Assembly (NCBI RefSeq): GCF_023055435.1
Contig: NW_025964223.1
Coordinates: 49,600,001-49,664,000, forward strand
Direction of reading: 5' to 3'
Source: Haliotis rufescens
Taxonomy: Eukaryota
Length of the DNA stretch: 64,000 nt
Part shown: piece by piece, positions 52,428-64,000 of the stretch
Position numbering within the stretch: position 1 is the first letter of the stretch
How the letters are laid out: the number at the start of each line of letters is the position of its first letter
The notes under the pieces: model-generated
Seen by the model: only the letters and a program-made list of their open reading frames with translations
The model's database searches: none
Told to the model about the DNA's origin: nothing
Program-made: the position numbers and the translations under genes

Positions 52428-53651
52428 TTTTGCTGTGCGATTCCCACTTTTTTTCTTTTTCGACCATAAGGTGCACTTGCCTCATTCACATCTGATGTAA
52501 TCATACACTTTTATTTCCTTGTAAATGGCCCCACTCATGCATGTCTGCTCAAAGACATAGCTGCCAGCCATGTATTCTTACATACCTTTACAGAAAGGAA
52601 TTTTCCACTATACATGTGATCATATTCAGTTGTCAGTTCACCCAACTCGTCAACTATTCTGAAGGCATGTACGTCCTTTTCGCCACATAAAGGTGTTTGC
52701 GTGCACCGATAATTGACTATTTTACTTACTTTCTTACTTTCAAAGCATGAATATATAATATATACATGTAAAATTATAATGTTGTTCGTGTTAAGTCTCG
52801 GCTCACATCTCTTTGCCTACACAGATAAGAAAAGGAGAAAGAGTTAGATCGTACAGAGCGCCTGTCAATAGGAGTTCCCTGGCTTGCTGCTGGAAAATGT
52901 ATTTTGAAAGCTGTGAGCAAGCTGATCACTGTTGACACGCTTTAAAAATATGAAAAAAAAACGACGCGACTGTGTGATAAACCAGCTATTTTATGTTCCC
53001 CGTTCTAGCTGATCGCTGGCAAACGTACTTTAGACTTATAAGAAAGTATTTCCATACATTTCTCTCGCCATACAACGGGTAGATGTGACATGTTGCAGGT
53101 AGGGGGCTAGGCGAAACGCACACGACCAAGGGCGCACAACTCTTGGCGCTCTATTTGAAAAGTCGTGCACAGGCGAGGCGTGTGTCGGTAAAACACCCCG
53201 TGGATGTCTGGCCTTTATCGCCGTTTTACACCTTTGAACACAACGTGCATGTGCAGCTACACACATAGGAAGTCTGCACTCAGGATATTATATATATCAA
53301 CGACACTAATCGCCTCACTTTCCAACATACACCCATTTGGGGGGTTAATAAACAAGCATAACAACAGTCATTAGTGTGAAGACACACTACCCCACCCCCC
53401 CATCCCCCCCCACACACACAATAAAATCCCTGACATACCTTTATCAACATCACCTATGTGTGTTATGTGCGTGGTGGGTGTTGCTGCCACGTTATCTCTG
53501 TTATCACGAGAACCTGCACTTTATTACTGCTAATATACATATTTATTGTTTTGTTATCAGTGTTTTCAAGTTTTCTTTTGGGGTATTTGGATGGCCCTGA
53601 AAAGGGCCTTTGGACCACAGAAATGTGGAGCGAAGGCGTGACAATGAGAGC

Positions 53652-54215
53652 TTAAGCCTTCTTTGGCTTGACTGCCTTCTTCTTGGGGGTCTTGACCTTC
53701 TTGGGTTTGGCTGCTGCCTTCTTGGGTGTCTTCGCCTTCTTGGGCTTGGCTGCAGCCTTCACCTTCTTTGGTGACTTAGCGGCCTTCTTAGCGGCTGTTT
53801 TGGGTTTCTTGGCAGCAGCTGGCTTCTTGACTTTCTTGGGGGATTTGGCAGCCTTCTTTGGTTTGGCAGCTGCCTTAGCCTTCTTGGGTTTTTCGTCTTT
53901 CTTTGCCTCGCCAAGACGGAATGATCCAGCGGCTCCAGTTCCCTTTGATTGCTTCAGTGCGCCGTTCTTGACTCCATTTTTCAAAGCAGTCTTGATGCGA
54001 GCATTGATGGCCACCTGGTTGTCACCAACCTTGTAGTTGGCCAAGATGTATTTCAGAACAGCCTGTCGGGAAGAACCACCCCTCTCCTTCAGGGTTGAAA
54101 TAGCTTTCTTGATCATCTCCAAATAGGTAGGATGTGCGGCAGCCTTCTTAGGCTTGGCAGCAGCCTTCTTCTTGGGAGTCTTGACAACAGCGGGGGCAGC
54201 AGCAGCATCAGCCAT
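53652..54215 (-). CDS. H1: Histone H1 (unit 18)
   Basis: Identical protein. Confidence 0.98.
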   Translation of the reverse strand: MADAAAAPAVVKTPKKKAAAKPKKAAAHPTYLEMIKKAISTLKERGGSSRQAVLKYILANYKVGDNQVAINARIKTALKNGVKNGALKQSKGTGAAGSFRLGEAKKDEKPKKAKAAAKPKKAAKSPKKVKKPAAAKKPKTAAKKAAKSPKKVKAAAKPKKAKTPKKAAAKPKKVKTPKKKAVKPKKA

Positions 54216-55313
54216 AGTGGTAAGTTTGAGTGGTAAAAATTCACGTCAGCTACGAGAGAAGCACAGAGAGCGAATGACACTTCCCCACAGACAGCCCGGC
54301 TGATACTCCGGAGGCGCGGACGTCGGAGGAGACACCCTGCTTGTTGTGGCTGATAGCTGCACGCTTACAAGCGCGTGTGCTTTTTCGTGTATTTGTATCC
54401 GAATAATCACTTCTTAATCAAGGAAAGTTTCAATTTCAACAATACAGTTAGGTAGTAAAAACATTTGGCTACATTTCGGTTACAATAGCAACGCTCACGG
54501 GTGAAGTTCAAAGCCACACGTGCTGTTTCCAATGAAGCGACCCAGTCTAAAATGTAGACATCGCTACTTTCAAAAGCACATTTTTAGCCTTGAGACTCAA
54601 GTTTATGCATTTTAAACGTTGCCTGTCAATTCTCAATATATCTAACTATGAAAGTAAAACACAACACTCATCAGTATTGCCTATGATAAGCTAGAACAAG
54701 CTTTCAAACAACGACAATGAAGCACGTTTTTCTGACGACTTCGCCATTTTGCAACAGAAAACATTTGACACTATATTTCTGGAGACATAATTTTGGTCAC
54801 TTCAATTAGAGTTGAAACTAACTTTGTCATAACAAGTAAGTAACGGGGATTTTACTTTCAGGAAAACAGTCTAGTAAGACGAGGATCTCGGGACACAAGC
54901 AGCTAGGGCGCGAAGCCCCGAACAGTAACATATATACATTGGTGTTTAGATCACTCGATCGGTCGTCACAGATTAAGTCTTTTTGCCTGTCTTAATAGCA
55001 CGATATTAGTAGGGGTCTTCGTCGTTTGGATGTTAATTTAACCAGAACAATATAGGCTACCATCCATCAACGAAAAGTGAATGTTTCAGACGAAAGGCCG
55101 GATCGAGTGAGCGAGTGTGCCGGGCCTCGTGTTAAACAGTGATCACATGTTTTTAGAACGGCTAGATTTTAATCCCTGTAAATATACATCATAAATCAAC
55201 AAACACAACATGTCTACTGAACCCGCTGAAAACGCGAGCATGCTGTTTTCATGGCAATGTCTGTTTACCAATGTGTGGTGGCTATATGTAGCTAAAGTTT
55301 GCCGACAAGCATT

Positions 55314-55433
55314 GTCTACGGCCATACCACGTTGAAAACACCGGTTCTCGTCCGATCACCGAAGTTAAGCAACGTCGGGCCCGGAGAGTACTTGGATGGG
55401 TGACCGCCTGGGAACACCGGGTGCAGTAGACAT
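55314..55433 (+). rRNA. 5S rRNA: 5S rRNA (unit 19)
   Basis: Same as unit 1. Confidence 0.98.
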
Positions 55434-56657
55434 TTTTGCTGTGCGATTCCCACTTTTTTTCTTTTTCGACCATAAGGTGCACTTGCCTCATTCACATCTG
55501 ATGTAATCATACACTTTTATTTCCTTGTAAATGGCCCCACTCATGCATGTCTGCTCAAAGACATAGCTGCCAGCCATGTATTCTTACATACCTTTACAGA
55601 AAGGAATTTTCCACTATACATGTGATCATATTCAGTTGTCAGTTCACCCAACTCGTCAACTATTCTGAAGGCATGTACGTCCTTTTCGCCACATAAAGGT
55701 GTTTGCGTGCACCGATAATTGACTATTTTACTTACTTTCTTACTTTCAAAGCATGAATATATAATATATACATGTAAAATTATAATGTTGTTCGTGTTAA
55801 GTCTCGGCTCACATCTCTTTGCCTACACAGATAAGAAAAGGAGAAAGAGTTAGATCGTACAGAGCGCCTGTCAATAGGAGTTCCCTGGCTTGCTGCTGGA
55901 AAATGTATTTTGAAAGCTGTGAGCAAGCTGATCACTGTTGACACGCTTTAAAAATATGAAAAAAAAACGACGCGACTGTGTGATAAACCAGCTATTTTAT
56001 GTTCCCCGTTCTAGCTGATCGCTGGCAAACGTACTTTAGACTTATAAGAAAGTATTTCCATACATTTCTCTCGCCATACAACGGGTAGATGTGACATGTT
56101 GCAGGTAGGGGGCTAGGCGAAACGCACACGACCAAGGGCGCACAACTCTTGGCGCTCTATTTGAAAAGTCGTGCACAGGCGAGGCGTGTGTCGGTAAAAC
56201 ACCCCGTGGATGTCTGGCCTTTATCGCCGTTTTACACCTTTGAACACAACGTGCATGTGCAGCTACACACATAGGAAGTCTGCACTCAGGATATTATATA
56301 TATCAACGACACTAATCGCCTCACTTTCCAACATACACCCATTTGGGGGGTTAATAAACAAGCATAACAACAGTCATTAGTGTGAAGACACACTACCCCA
56401 CCCCCCCATCCCCCCCCACACACACAATAAAATCCCTGACATACCTTTATCAACATCACCTATGTGTGTTATGTGCGTGGTGGGTGTTGCTGCCACGTTA
56501 TCTCTGTTATCACGAGAACCTGCACTTTATTACTGCTAATATACATATTTATTGTTTTGTTATCAGTGTTTTCAAGTTTTCTTTTGGGGTATTTGGATGG
56601 CCCTGAAAAGGGCCTTTGGACCACAGAAATGTGGAGCGAAGGCGTGACAATGAGAGC

Positions 56658-57221
56658 TTAAGCCTTCTTTGGCTTGACTGCCTTCTTCTTGGGGGTCTTG
56701 ACCTTCTTGGGTTTGGCTGCTGCCTTCTTGGGTGTCTTCGCCTTCTTGGGCTTGGCTGCAGCCTTCACCTTCTTTGGTGACTTAGCGGCCTTCTTAGCGG
56801 CTGTTTTGGGTTTCTTGGCAGCAGCTGGCTTCTTGACTTTCTTGGGGGATTTGGCAGCCTTCTTTGGTTTGGCAGCTGCCTTAGCCTTCTTGGGTTTTTC
56901 GTCTTTCTTTGCCTCGCCAAGACGGAATGATCCAGCGGCTCCAGTTCCCTTTGATTGCTTCAGTGCGCCGTTCTTGACTCCATTTTTCAAAGCAGTCTTG
57001 ATGCGAGCATTGATGGCCACCTGGTTGTCACCAACCTTGTAGTTGGCCAAGATGTATTTCAGAACAGCCTGTCGGGAAGAACCACCCCTCTCCTTCAGGG
57101 TTGAAATAGCTTTCTTGATCATCTCCAAATAGGTAGGATGTGCGGCAGCCTTCTTAGGCTTGGCAGCAGCCTTCTTCTTGGGAGTCTTGACAACAGCGGG
57201 GGCAGCAGCAGCATCAGCCAT
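56658..57221 (-). CDS. H1: Histone H1 (unit 19)
   Basis: Identical protein. Confidence 0.98.
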   Translation of the reverse strand: MADAAAAPAVVKTPKKKAAAKPKKAAAHPTYLEMIKKAISTLKERGGSSRQAVLKYILANYKVGDNQVAINARIKTALKNGVKNGALKQSKGTGAAGSFRLGEAKKDEKPKKAKAAAKPKKAAKSPKKVKKPAAAKKPKTAAKKAAKSPKKVKAAAKPKKAKTPKKAAAKPKKVKTPKKKAVKPKKA

Positions 57222-58319
57222 AGTGGTAAGTTTGAGTGGTAAAAATTCACGTCAGCTACGAGAGAAGCACAGAGAGCGAATGACACTTCCCCACAGACAG
57301 CCCGGCTGATACTCCGGAGGCGCGGACGTCGGAGGAGACACCCTGCTTGTTGTGGCTGATAGCTGCACGCTTACAAGCGCGTGTGCTTTTTCGTGTATTT
57401 GTATCCGAATAATCACTTCTTAATCAAGGAAAGTTTCAATTTCAACAATACAGTTAGGTAGTAAAAACATTTGGCTACATTTCGGTTACAATAGCAACGC
57501 TCACGGGTGAAGTTCAAAGCCACACGTGCTGTTTCCAATGAAGCGACCCAGTCTAAAATGTAGACATCGCTACTTTCAAAAGCACATTTTTAGCCTTGAG
57601 ACTCAAGTTTATGCATTTTAAACGTTGCCTGTCAATTCTCAATATATCTAACTATGAAAGTAAAACACAACACTCATCAGTATTGCCTATGATAAGCTAG
57701 AACAAGCTTTCAAACAACGACAATGAAGCACGTTTTTCTGACGACTTCGCCATTTTGCAACAGAAAACATTTGACACTATATTTCTGGAGACATAATTTT
57801 GGTCACTTCAATTAGAGTTGAAACTAACTTTGTCATAACAAGTAAGTAACGGGGATTTTACTTTCAGGAAAACAGTCTAGTAAGACGAGGATCTCGGGAC
57901 ACAAGCAGCTAGGGCGCGAAGCCCCGAACAGTAACATATATACATTGGTGTTTAGATCACTCGATCGGTCGTCACAGATTAAGTCTTTTTGCCTGTCTTA
58001 ATAGCACGATATTAGTAGGGGTCTTCGTCGTTTGGATGTTAATTTAACCAGAACAATATAGGCTACCATCCATCAACGAAAAGTGAATGTTTCAGACGAA
58101 AGGCCGGATCGAGTGAGCGAGTGTGCCGGGCCTCGTGTTAAACAGTGATCACATGTTTTTAGAACGGCTAGATTTTAATCCCTGTAAATATACATCATAA
58201 ATCAACAAACACAACATGTCTACTGAACCCGCTGAAAACGCGAGCATGCTGTTTTCATGGCAATGTCTGTTTACCAATGTGTGGTGGCTATATGTAGCTA
58301 AAGTTTGCCGACAAGCATT

Positions 58320-58439
58320 GTCTACGGCCATACCACGTTGAAAACACCGGTTCTCGTCCGATCACCGAAGTTAAGCAACGTCGGGCCCGGAGAGTACTTG
58401 GATGGGTGACCGCCTGGGAACACCGGGTGCAGTAGACAT
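58320..58439 (+). rRNA. 5S rRNA: 5S rRNA (unit 20)
   Basis: Same as unit 1. Confidence 0.98.
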
Positions 58440-59663
58440 TTTTGCTGTGCGATTCCCACTTTTTTTCTTTTTCGACCATAAGGTGCACTTGCCTCATTCA
58501 CATCTGATGTAATCATACACTTTTATTTCCTTGTAAATGGCCCCACTCATGCATGTCTGCTCAAAGACATAGCTGCCAGCCATGTATTCTTACATACCTT
58601 TACAGAAAGGAATTTTCCACTATACATGTGATCATATTCAGTTGTCAGTTCACCCAACTCGTCAACTATTCTGAAGGCATGTACGTCCTTTTCGCCACAT
58701 AAAGGTGTTTGCGTGCACCGATAATTGACTATTTTACTTACTTTCTTACTTTCAAAGCATGAATATATAATATATACATGTAAAATTATAATGTTGTTCG
58801 TGTTAAGTCTCGGCTCACATCTCTTTGCCTACACAGATAAGAAAAGGAGAAAGAGTTAGATCGTACAGAGCGCCTGTCAATAGGAGTTCACTGGCTTGCT
58901 GCTGGAAAATGTATTTTGAAAGCTGTGAGCAAGCTGATCACTGTTGACACGCTTTAAAAATATGAAAAAAAAACGACGCGACTGTGTGATAAACCAGCTA
59001 TTTTATGTTCCCCGTTCTAGCTGATCGCTGGCAAACGTACTTTAGACTTATTAGAAAGTATTTCCATACATTTCTCTCGCCATACAACGGGTAGATGTGA
59101 CATGTTGCAGGTAGGGGGCTAGGCGAAACGCACACGACCAAGGGCGCACAACTCTTGGCGCTCTATTTGAAAAGTCGTGCACAGGCGAGGCGTGTGTCGG
59201 TAAAACACCCCGTGGATGTCTGGCCTTTATCGCCGTTTTACACCTTTGAACACAACGTGCATGTGCAGCTACACACATAGGAAGTCTGCACTCAGGATAT
59301 TATATATATCAACGACACTAATCGCCTCACTTTCCAACATACACCCATTTGGGGGGTTAATAAACAAGCATAACAACAGTCATTAGTGTGAAGACACACT
59401 ACCCCACCCCCCCATCCCCCCCCCCACACACAATAAAATCCCTGACATACCTTTATCAACATCACCTATGTGTGTTATGTGCGTGGTGGGTGTTGCTGCC
59501 ACGTTATCTCTGTTATCACGAGAACCTGCACTTTATTACTGCTAATATACATATTTATTGTTTTGTTATCAGTGTTTTCAAGTTTTCTTTTGGGGTATTT
59601 GGATGGCCCTGAAAAGGGCCTTTGGACCACAGAAATGTGGAGCGAAGGCGTGACAATGAGAGC

Positions 59664-60227
59664 TTAAGCCTTCTTTGGCTTGACTGCCTTCTTCTTGGGG
59701 GTCTTGACCTTCTTGGGTTTGGCTGCTGCCTTCTTGGGTGTCTTCGCCTTCTTGGGCTTGGCTGCAGCCTTCACCTTCTTTGGTGACTTAGCGGCCTTCT
59801 TAGCGGCTGTTTTGGGTTTCTTGGCAGCAGCTGGCTTCTTGACTTTCTTGGGGGATTTGGCAGCCTTCTTTGGTTTGGCAGCTGCCTTAGCCTTCTTGGG
59901 TTTTTCGTCTTTCTTTGCCTCGCCAAGACGGAATGATCCAGCGGCTCCAGTTCCCTTTGATTGCTTCAGTGCGCCGTTCTTGACTCCATTTTTCAAAGCA
60001 GTCTTGATGCGAGCATTGATGGCCACCTGGTTGTCACCAACCTTGTAGTTGGCCAAGATGTATTTCAGAACAGCCTGTCGGGAAGAACCACCCCTCTCCT
60101 TCAGGGTTGAAATAGCTTTCTTGATCATCTCCAAATAGGTAGGATGTGCGGCAGCCTTCTTAGGCTTGGCAGCAGCCTTCTTCTTGGGAGTCTTGACAAC
60201 AGCGGGGGCAGCAGCAGCATCAGCCAT
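59664..60227 (-). CDS. H1: Histone H1 (unit 20)
   Basis: Identical protein. Confidence 0.98.
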   Translation of the reverse strand: MADAAAAPAVVKTPKKKAAAKPKKAAAHPTYLEMIKKAISTLKERGGSSRQAVLKYILANYKVGDNQVAINARIKTALKNGVKNGALKQSKGTGAAGSFRLGEAKKDEKPKKAKAAAKPKKAAKSPKKVKKPAAAKKPKTAAKKAAKSPKKVKAAAKPKKAKTPKKAAAKPKKVKTPKKKAVKPKKA

Positions 60228-61325
60228 AGTGGTAAGTTTGAGTGGTAAAAATTCACGTCAGCTACGAGAGAAGCACAGAGAGCGAATGACACTTCCCCAC
60301 AGACAGCCCGGCTGATACTCCGGAGGCGCGGACGTCGGAGGAGACACCCTGCTTGTTGTGGCTGATAGCTGCACGCTTACAAGCGCGTGTGCTTTTTCGT
60401 GTATTTGTATCCGAATAATCACTTCTTAATCAAGGAAAGTTTCAATTTCAACAATACAGTTAGGTAGTAAAAACATTTGGCTACATTTCGGTTACAATAG
60501 CAACGCTCACGGGTGAAGTTCAAAGCCACACGTGCTGTTTCCAATGAAGCGACCCAGTCTAAAATGTAGACATCGCTACTTTCAAAAGCACATTTTTAGC
60601 CTTGAGACTCAAGTTTATGCATTTTAAACGTTGCCTGTCAATTCTCAATATATCTAACTATGAAAGTAAAACACAACACTCATCAGTATTGCCTATGATA
60701 AGCTAGAACAAGCTTTCAAACAACGACAATGAAGCACGTTTTTCTGACGACTTCGCCATTTTGCAACAGAAAACATTTGACACTATATTTCTGGAGACAT
60801 AATTTTGGTCACTTCAATTAGAGTTGAAACTAACTTTGTCATAACAAGTAAGTAACGGGGATTTTACTTTCAGGAAAACAGTCTAGTAAGACGAGGATCT
60901 CGGGACACAAGCAGCTAGGGCGCGAAGCCCCGAACAGTAACATATATACATTGGTGTTTAGATCACTCGATCGGTCGTCACAGATTAAGTCTTTTTGCCT
61001 GTCTTAATAGCACGATATTAGTAGGGGTCTTCGTCGTTTGGATGTTAATTTAACCAGAACAATATAGGCTACCATCCATCAACGAAAAGTGAATGTTTCA
61101 GACGAAAGGCCGGATCGAGTGAGCGAGTGTGCCGGGCCTCGTGTTAAACAGTGATCACATGTTTTTAGAACGGCTAGATTTTAATCCCTGTAAATATACA
61201 TCATAAATCAACAAACACAACATGTCTACTGAACCCGCTGAAAACGCGAGCATGCTGTTTTCATGGCAATGTCTGTTTACCAATGTGTGGTGGCTATATG
61301 TAGCTAAAGTTTGCCGACAAGCATT

Positions 61326-61445
61326 GTCTACGGCCATACCACGTTGAAAACACCGGTTCTCGTCCGATCACCGAAGTTAAGCAACGTCGGGCCCGGAGAG
61401 TACTTGGATGGGTGACCGCCTGGGAACACCGGGTGCAGTAGACAT
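61326..61445 (+). rRNA. 5S rRNA: 5S rRNA (unit 21)
   Basis: Same as unit 1; 1-bp C insertion in the back-up T tract. Confidence 0.98.
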
Positions 61446-62670
61446 TTTTGCTGTGCGATTCCCACTTTTTTTCCTTTTTCGACCATAAGGTGCACTTGCC
61501 TCATTCACATCTGATGTAATCATACACTTTTATTTCCTTGTAAATGGCCCCACTCATGCATGTCTGCTCAAAGACATAGCTGCCAGCCATGTATTCTTAC
61601 ATACCTTTACAGAAAGGAATTTTCCACTATACATGTGATCATATTCAGTTGTCAGTTCACCCAACTCGTCAACTATTCTGAAGGCATGTACGTCCTTTTC
61701 GCCACATAAAGGTGTTTGCGTGCACCGATAATTGACTATTTTACTTACTTTCTTACTTTCAAAGCATGAATATATAATATATACATGTAAAATTATAATG
61801 TTGTTCGTGTTAAGTCTCGGCTCACATCTCTTTGCCTACACAGATAAGAAAAGGAGAAAGAGTTAGATCGTACAGAGCGCCTGTCAATAGGAGTTCACTG
61901 GCTTGCTGCTGGAAAATGTATTTTGAAAGCTGTGAGCAAGCTGATCACTGTTGACACGCTTTAAAAATATGAAAAAAAAACGACGCGACTGTGTGATAAA
62001 CCAGCTATTTTATGTTCCCCGTTCTAGCTGATCGCTGGCAAACGTACTTTAGACTTATTAGAAAGTATTTCCATACATTTCTCTCGCCATACAACAGGTA
62101 GATGTGACATGTTGCAGGTAGGGGGCTAGGCGAAACGCACACGACCAAGGGCGCACAACTCTTGGCGCTCTATTTGAAAAGTCGTGCACAGGCGAGGCGT
62201 GTGTCGGTAAAACACCCCGTGGATGTCTGGCCTTTATCGCCGTTTTACACCTTTGAACACAACGTGCATGTGCAGCTACACACATAGGAAGTCTGCACTC
62301 AGGATATTATATATATCAACGACACTAATCGCCTCACTTTCCAACATACACCCATTTGGGGGGTTAATAAACAAGCATAACAACAGTCATTAGTGTGAAG
62401 ACACACTACCCCACCCCCCCATCCCCCCCCACACACACAATAAAATCCCTGACATACCTTTATCAACATCACCTATGTGTGTTATGTGCGTGGTGGGTGT
62501 TGCTGCCACGTTATCTCTGTTATCACGAGAACCTGCACTTTATTACTGCTAATATACATATTTATTGTTTTGTTATCAGTGTTTTCAAGTTTTCTTTTGG
62601 GGTATTTAGATGGCCCTGAAAAGGGCCTTTGGACCACAGAAATGTGGAGCGAAGGCGTGACAATGAGAGC

Positions 62671-63234
62671 TTAAGCCTTCTTTGGCTTGACTGCCTTCTT
62701 CTTGGGGGTCTTGACCTTCTTGGGTTTGGCTGCTGCCTTCTTGGGTGTCTTCGCCTTCTTGGGCTTGGCTGCAGCCTTCACCTTCTTTGGTGACTTAGCG
62801 GCCTTCTTAGCGGCTGTTTTGGGTTTCTTGGCAGCAGCTGGCTTCTTGACTTTCTTGGGGGATTTGGCAGCCTTCTTTGGTTTGGCAGCTGCCTTAGCCT
62901 TCTTGGGTTTTTCGTCTTTCTTTGCCTCGCCAAGACGGAATGATCCAGCGGCTCCAGTTCCCTTTGATTGCTTCAGTGCGCCGTTCTTGACTCCATTTTT
63001 CAAAGCAGTCTTGATGCGAGCATTGATGGCCACCTGGTTGTCACCAACCTTGTAGTTGGCCAAGATGTATTTCAGAACAGCCTGTCGGGAAGAACCACCC
63101 CTCTCCTTCAGGGTTGAAATAGCTTTCTTGATCATCTCCAAATAGGTAGGATGTGCGGCAGCCTTCTTAGGCTTGGCAGCAGCCTTCTTCTTGGGAGTCT
63201 TGACAACAGCGGGGGCAGCAGCAGCATCAGCCAT
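62671..63234 (-). CDS. H1: Histone H1 (unit 21)
   Basis: Identical protein. Confidence 0.98.
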   Translation of the reverse strand: MADAAAAPAVVKTPKKKAAAKPKKAAAHPTYLEMIKKAISTLKERGGSSRQAVLKYILANYKVGDNQVAINARIKTALKNGVKNGALKQSKGTGAAGSFRLGEAKKDEKPKKAKAAAKPKKAAKSPKKVKKPAAAKKPKTAAKKAAKSPKKVKAAAKPKKAKTPKKAAAKPKKVKTPKKKAVKPKKA

Positions 63235-64000
63235 AGTGGTAAGTTTGAGTGGTAAAAATTCACGTCAGCTACGAGAGAAGCACAGAGAGCGAATGACACT
63301 TCCCCACAGACAGCCCGGCTGATACTCCGGAGGCGCGGACGTCGGAGGAGACACCCTGCTTGTTGTGGCTGATAGCTGCACGCTTACAAGCGCGTGTGCT
63401 TTTTCGTGTATTTGTATCCGAATAATCACTTCTTAATCAAGGAAAGTTTCAATTTCAACAATACAGTTAGGTAGTAAAAACATTTGGCTACATTTCGGTT
63501 ACAATAGCAACGCTCACGGGTGAAGTTCAAAGCCACACGTGCTGTTTCCAATGAAGCGACCCAGTCTAAAATGTAGACATCGCTACTTTCAAAAGCACAT
63601 TTTTAGCCTTGAGACTCAAGTTTATGCATTTTAAACGTTGCCTGTCAATTCTCAATATATCTAACTATGAAAGTAAAACACAACACTCATCAGTATTGCC
63701 TATGATAAGCTAGAACAAGCTTTCAAACAACGACAATGAAGCACGTTTTTCTGACGACTTCGCCATTTTGCAACAGAAAACATTTGACACTATATTTCTG
63801 GAGACATAATTTTGGTCACTTCAATTAGAGTTGAAACTAACTTTGTCATAACAAGTAAGTAACGGGGATTTTACTTTCAGGAAAACAGTCTAGTAAGACG
63901 AGGATCTCGGGACACAAGCAGCTAGGGCGCGAAGCCCCGAACAGTAACATATATACATTGGTGTTTAGATCACTCGATCGGTCGTCACAGATTAAGTCTT

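Larger units (their letters stand above)
1..64000. repeat. Tandem array of ~3006-bp [5S rRNA + histone H1] units, ~21.3 copies, open at both window ends
   Basis: H1 start codons recur at 80, 3086, 6085, 9096, 12122 ... 63234 (spacing 2999-3026 bp). Units differ by scattered SNPs, the length of a C-run tract and a 1-bp insertion in two units. Confidence 0.99.

Noticed and set aside
1-64000. CRISPR array, transposase/RT, core histone genes, or intact tRNA genes
   Set aside because: None seen: the repeats are 3-kb gene units, the only long coding ORF is H1, and no histone-fold or cloverleaf sequence is present

Overview
The whole 64-kb window is one eukaryotic tandem array of about 21.3 near-identical ~3.0-kb units (2999-3026 bp, mode 3006). 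Each unit carries exactly two recognisable genes: a 120-nt 5S rRNA gene (+ strand, Pol III) and an intronless 187-aa linker histone H1 gene (- strand, Pol II). There are 21 complete copies of each, plus the 5' 80 nt of a further H1 at the left edge. No core histone gene (H2A/H2B/H3/H4) occurs anywhere. The H1 globular domain has H1.0/H5-type ('orphon') signatures. Its 3' end has both a histone stem-loop/HDE and two AATAAA signals, followed by a length-variable G-run tract. The 5S and H1 sequences look lophotrochozoan, probably molluscan (inference). Shared SNPs show a mosaic history of local duplication and longer-range exchange. The ~1.1-1.2 kb spacers contain several unexplained inverted-repeat/structured elements. 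All other ORFs in the track are shadow ORFs.
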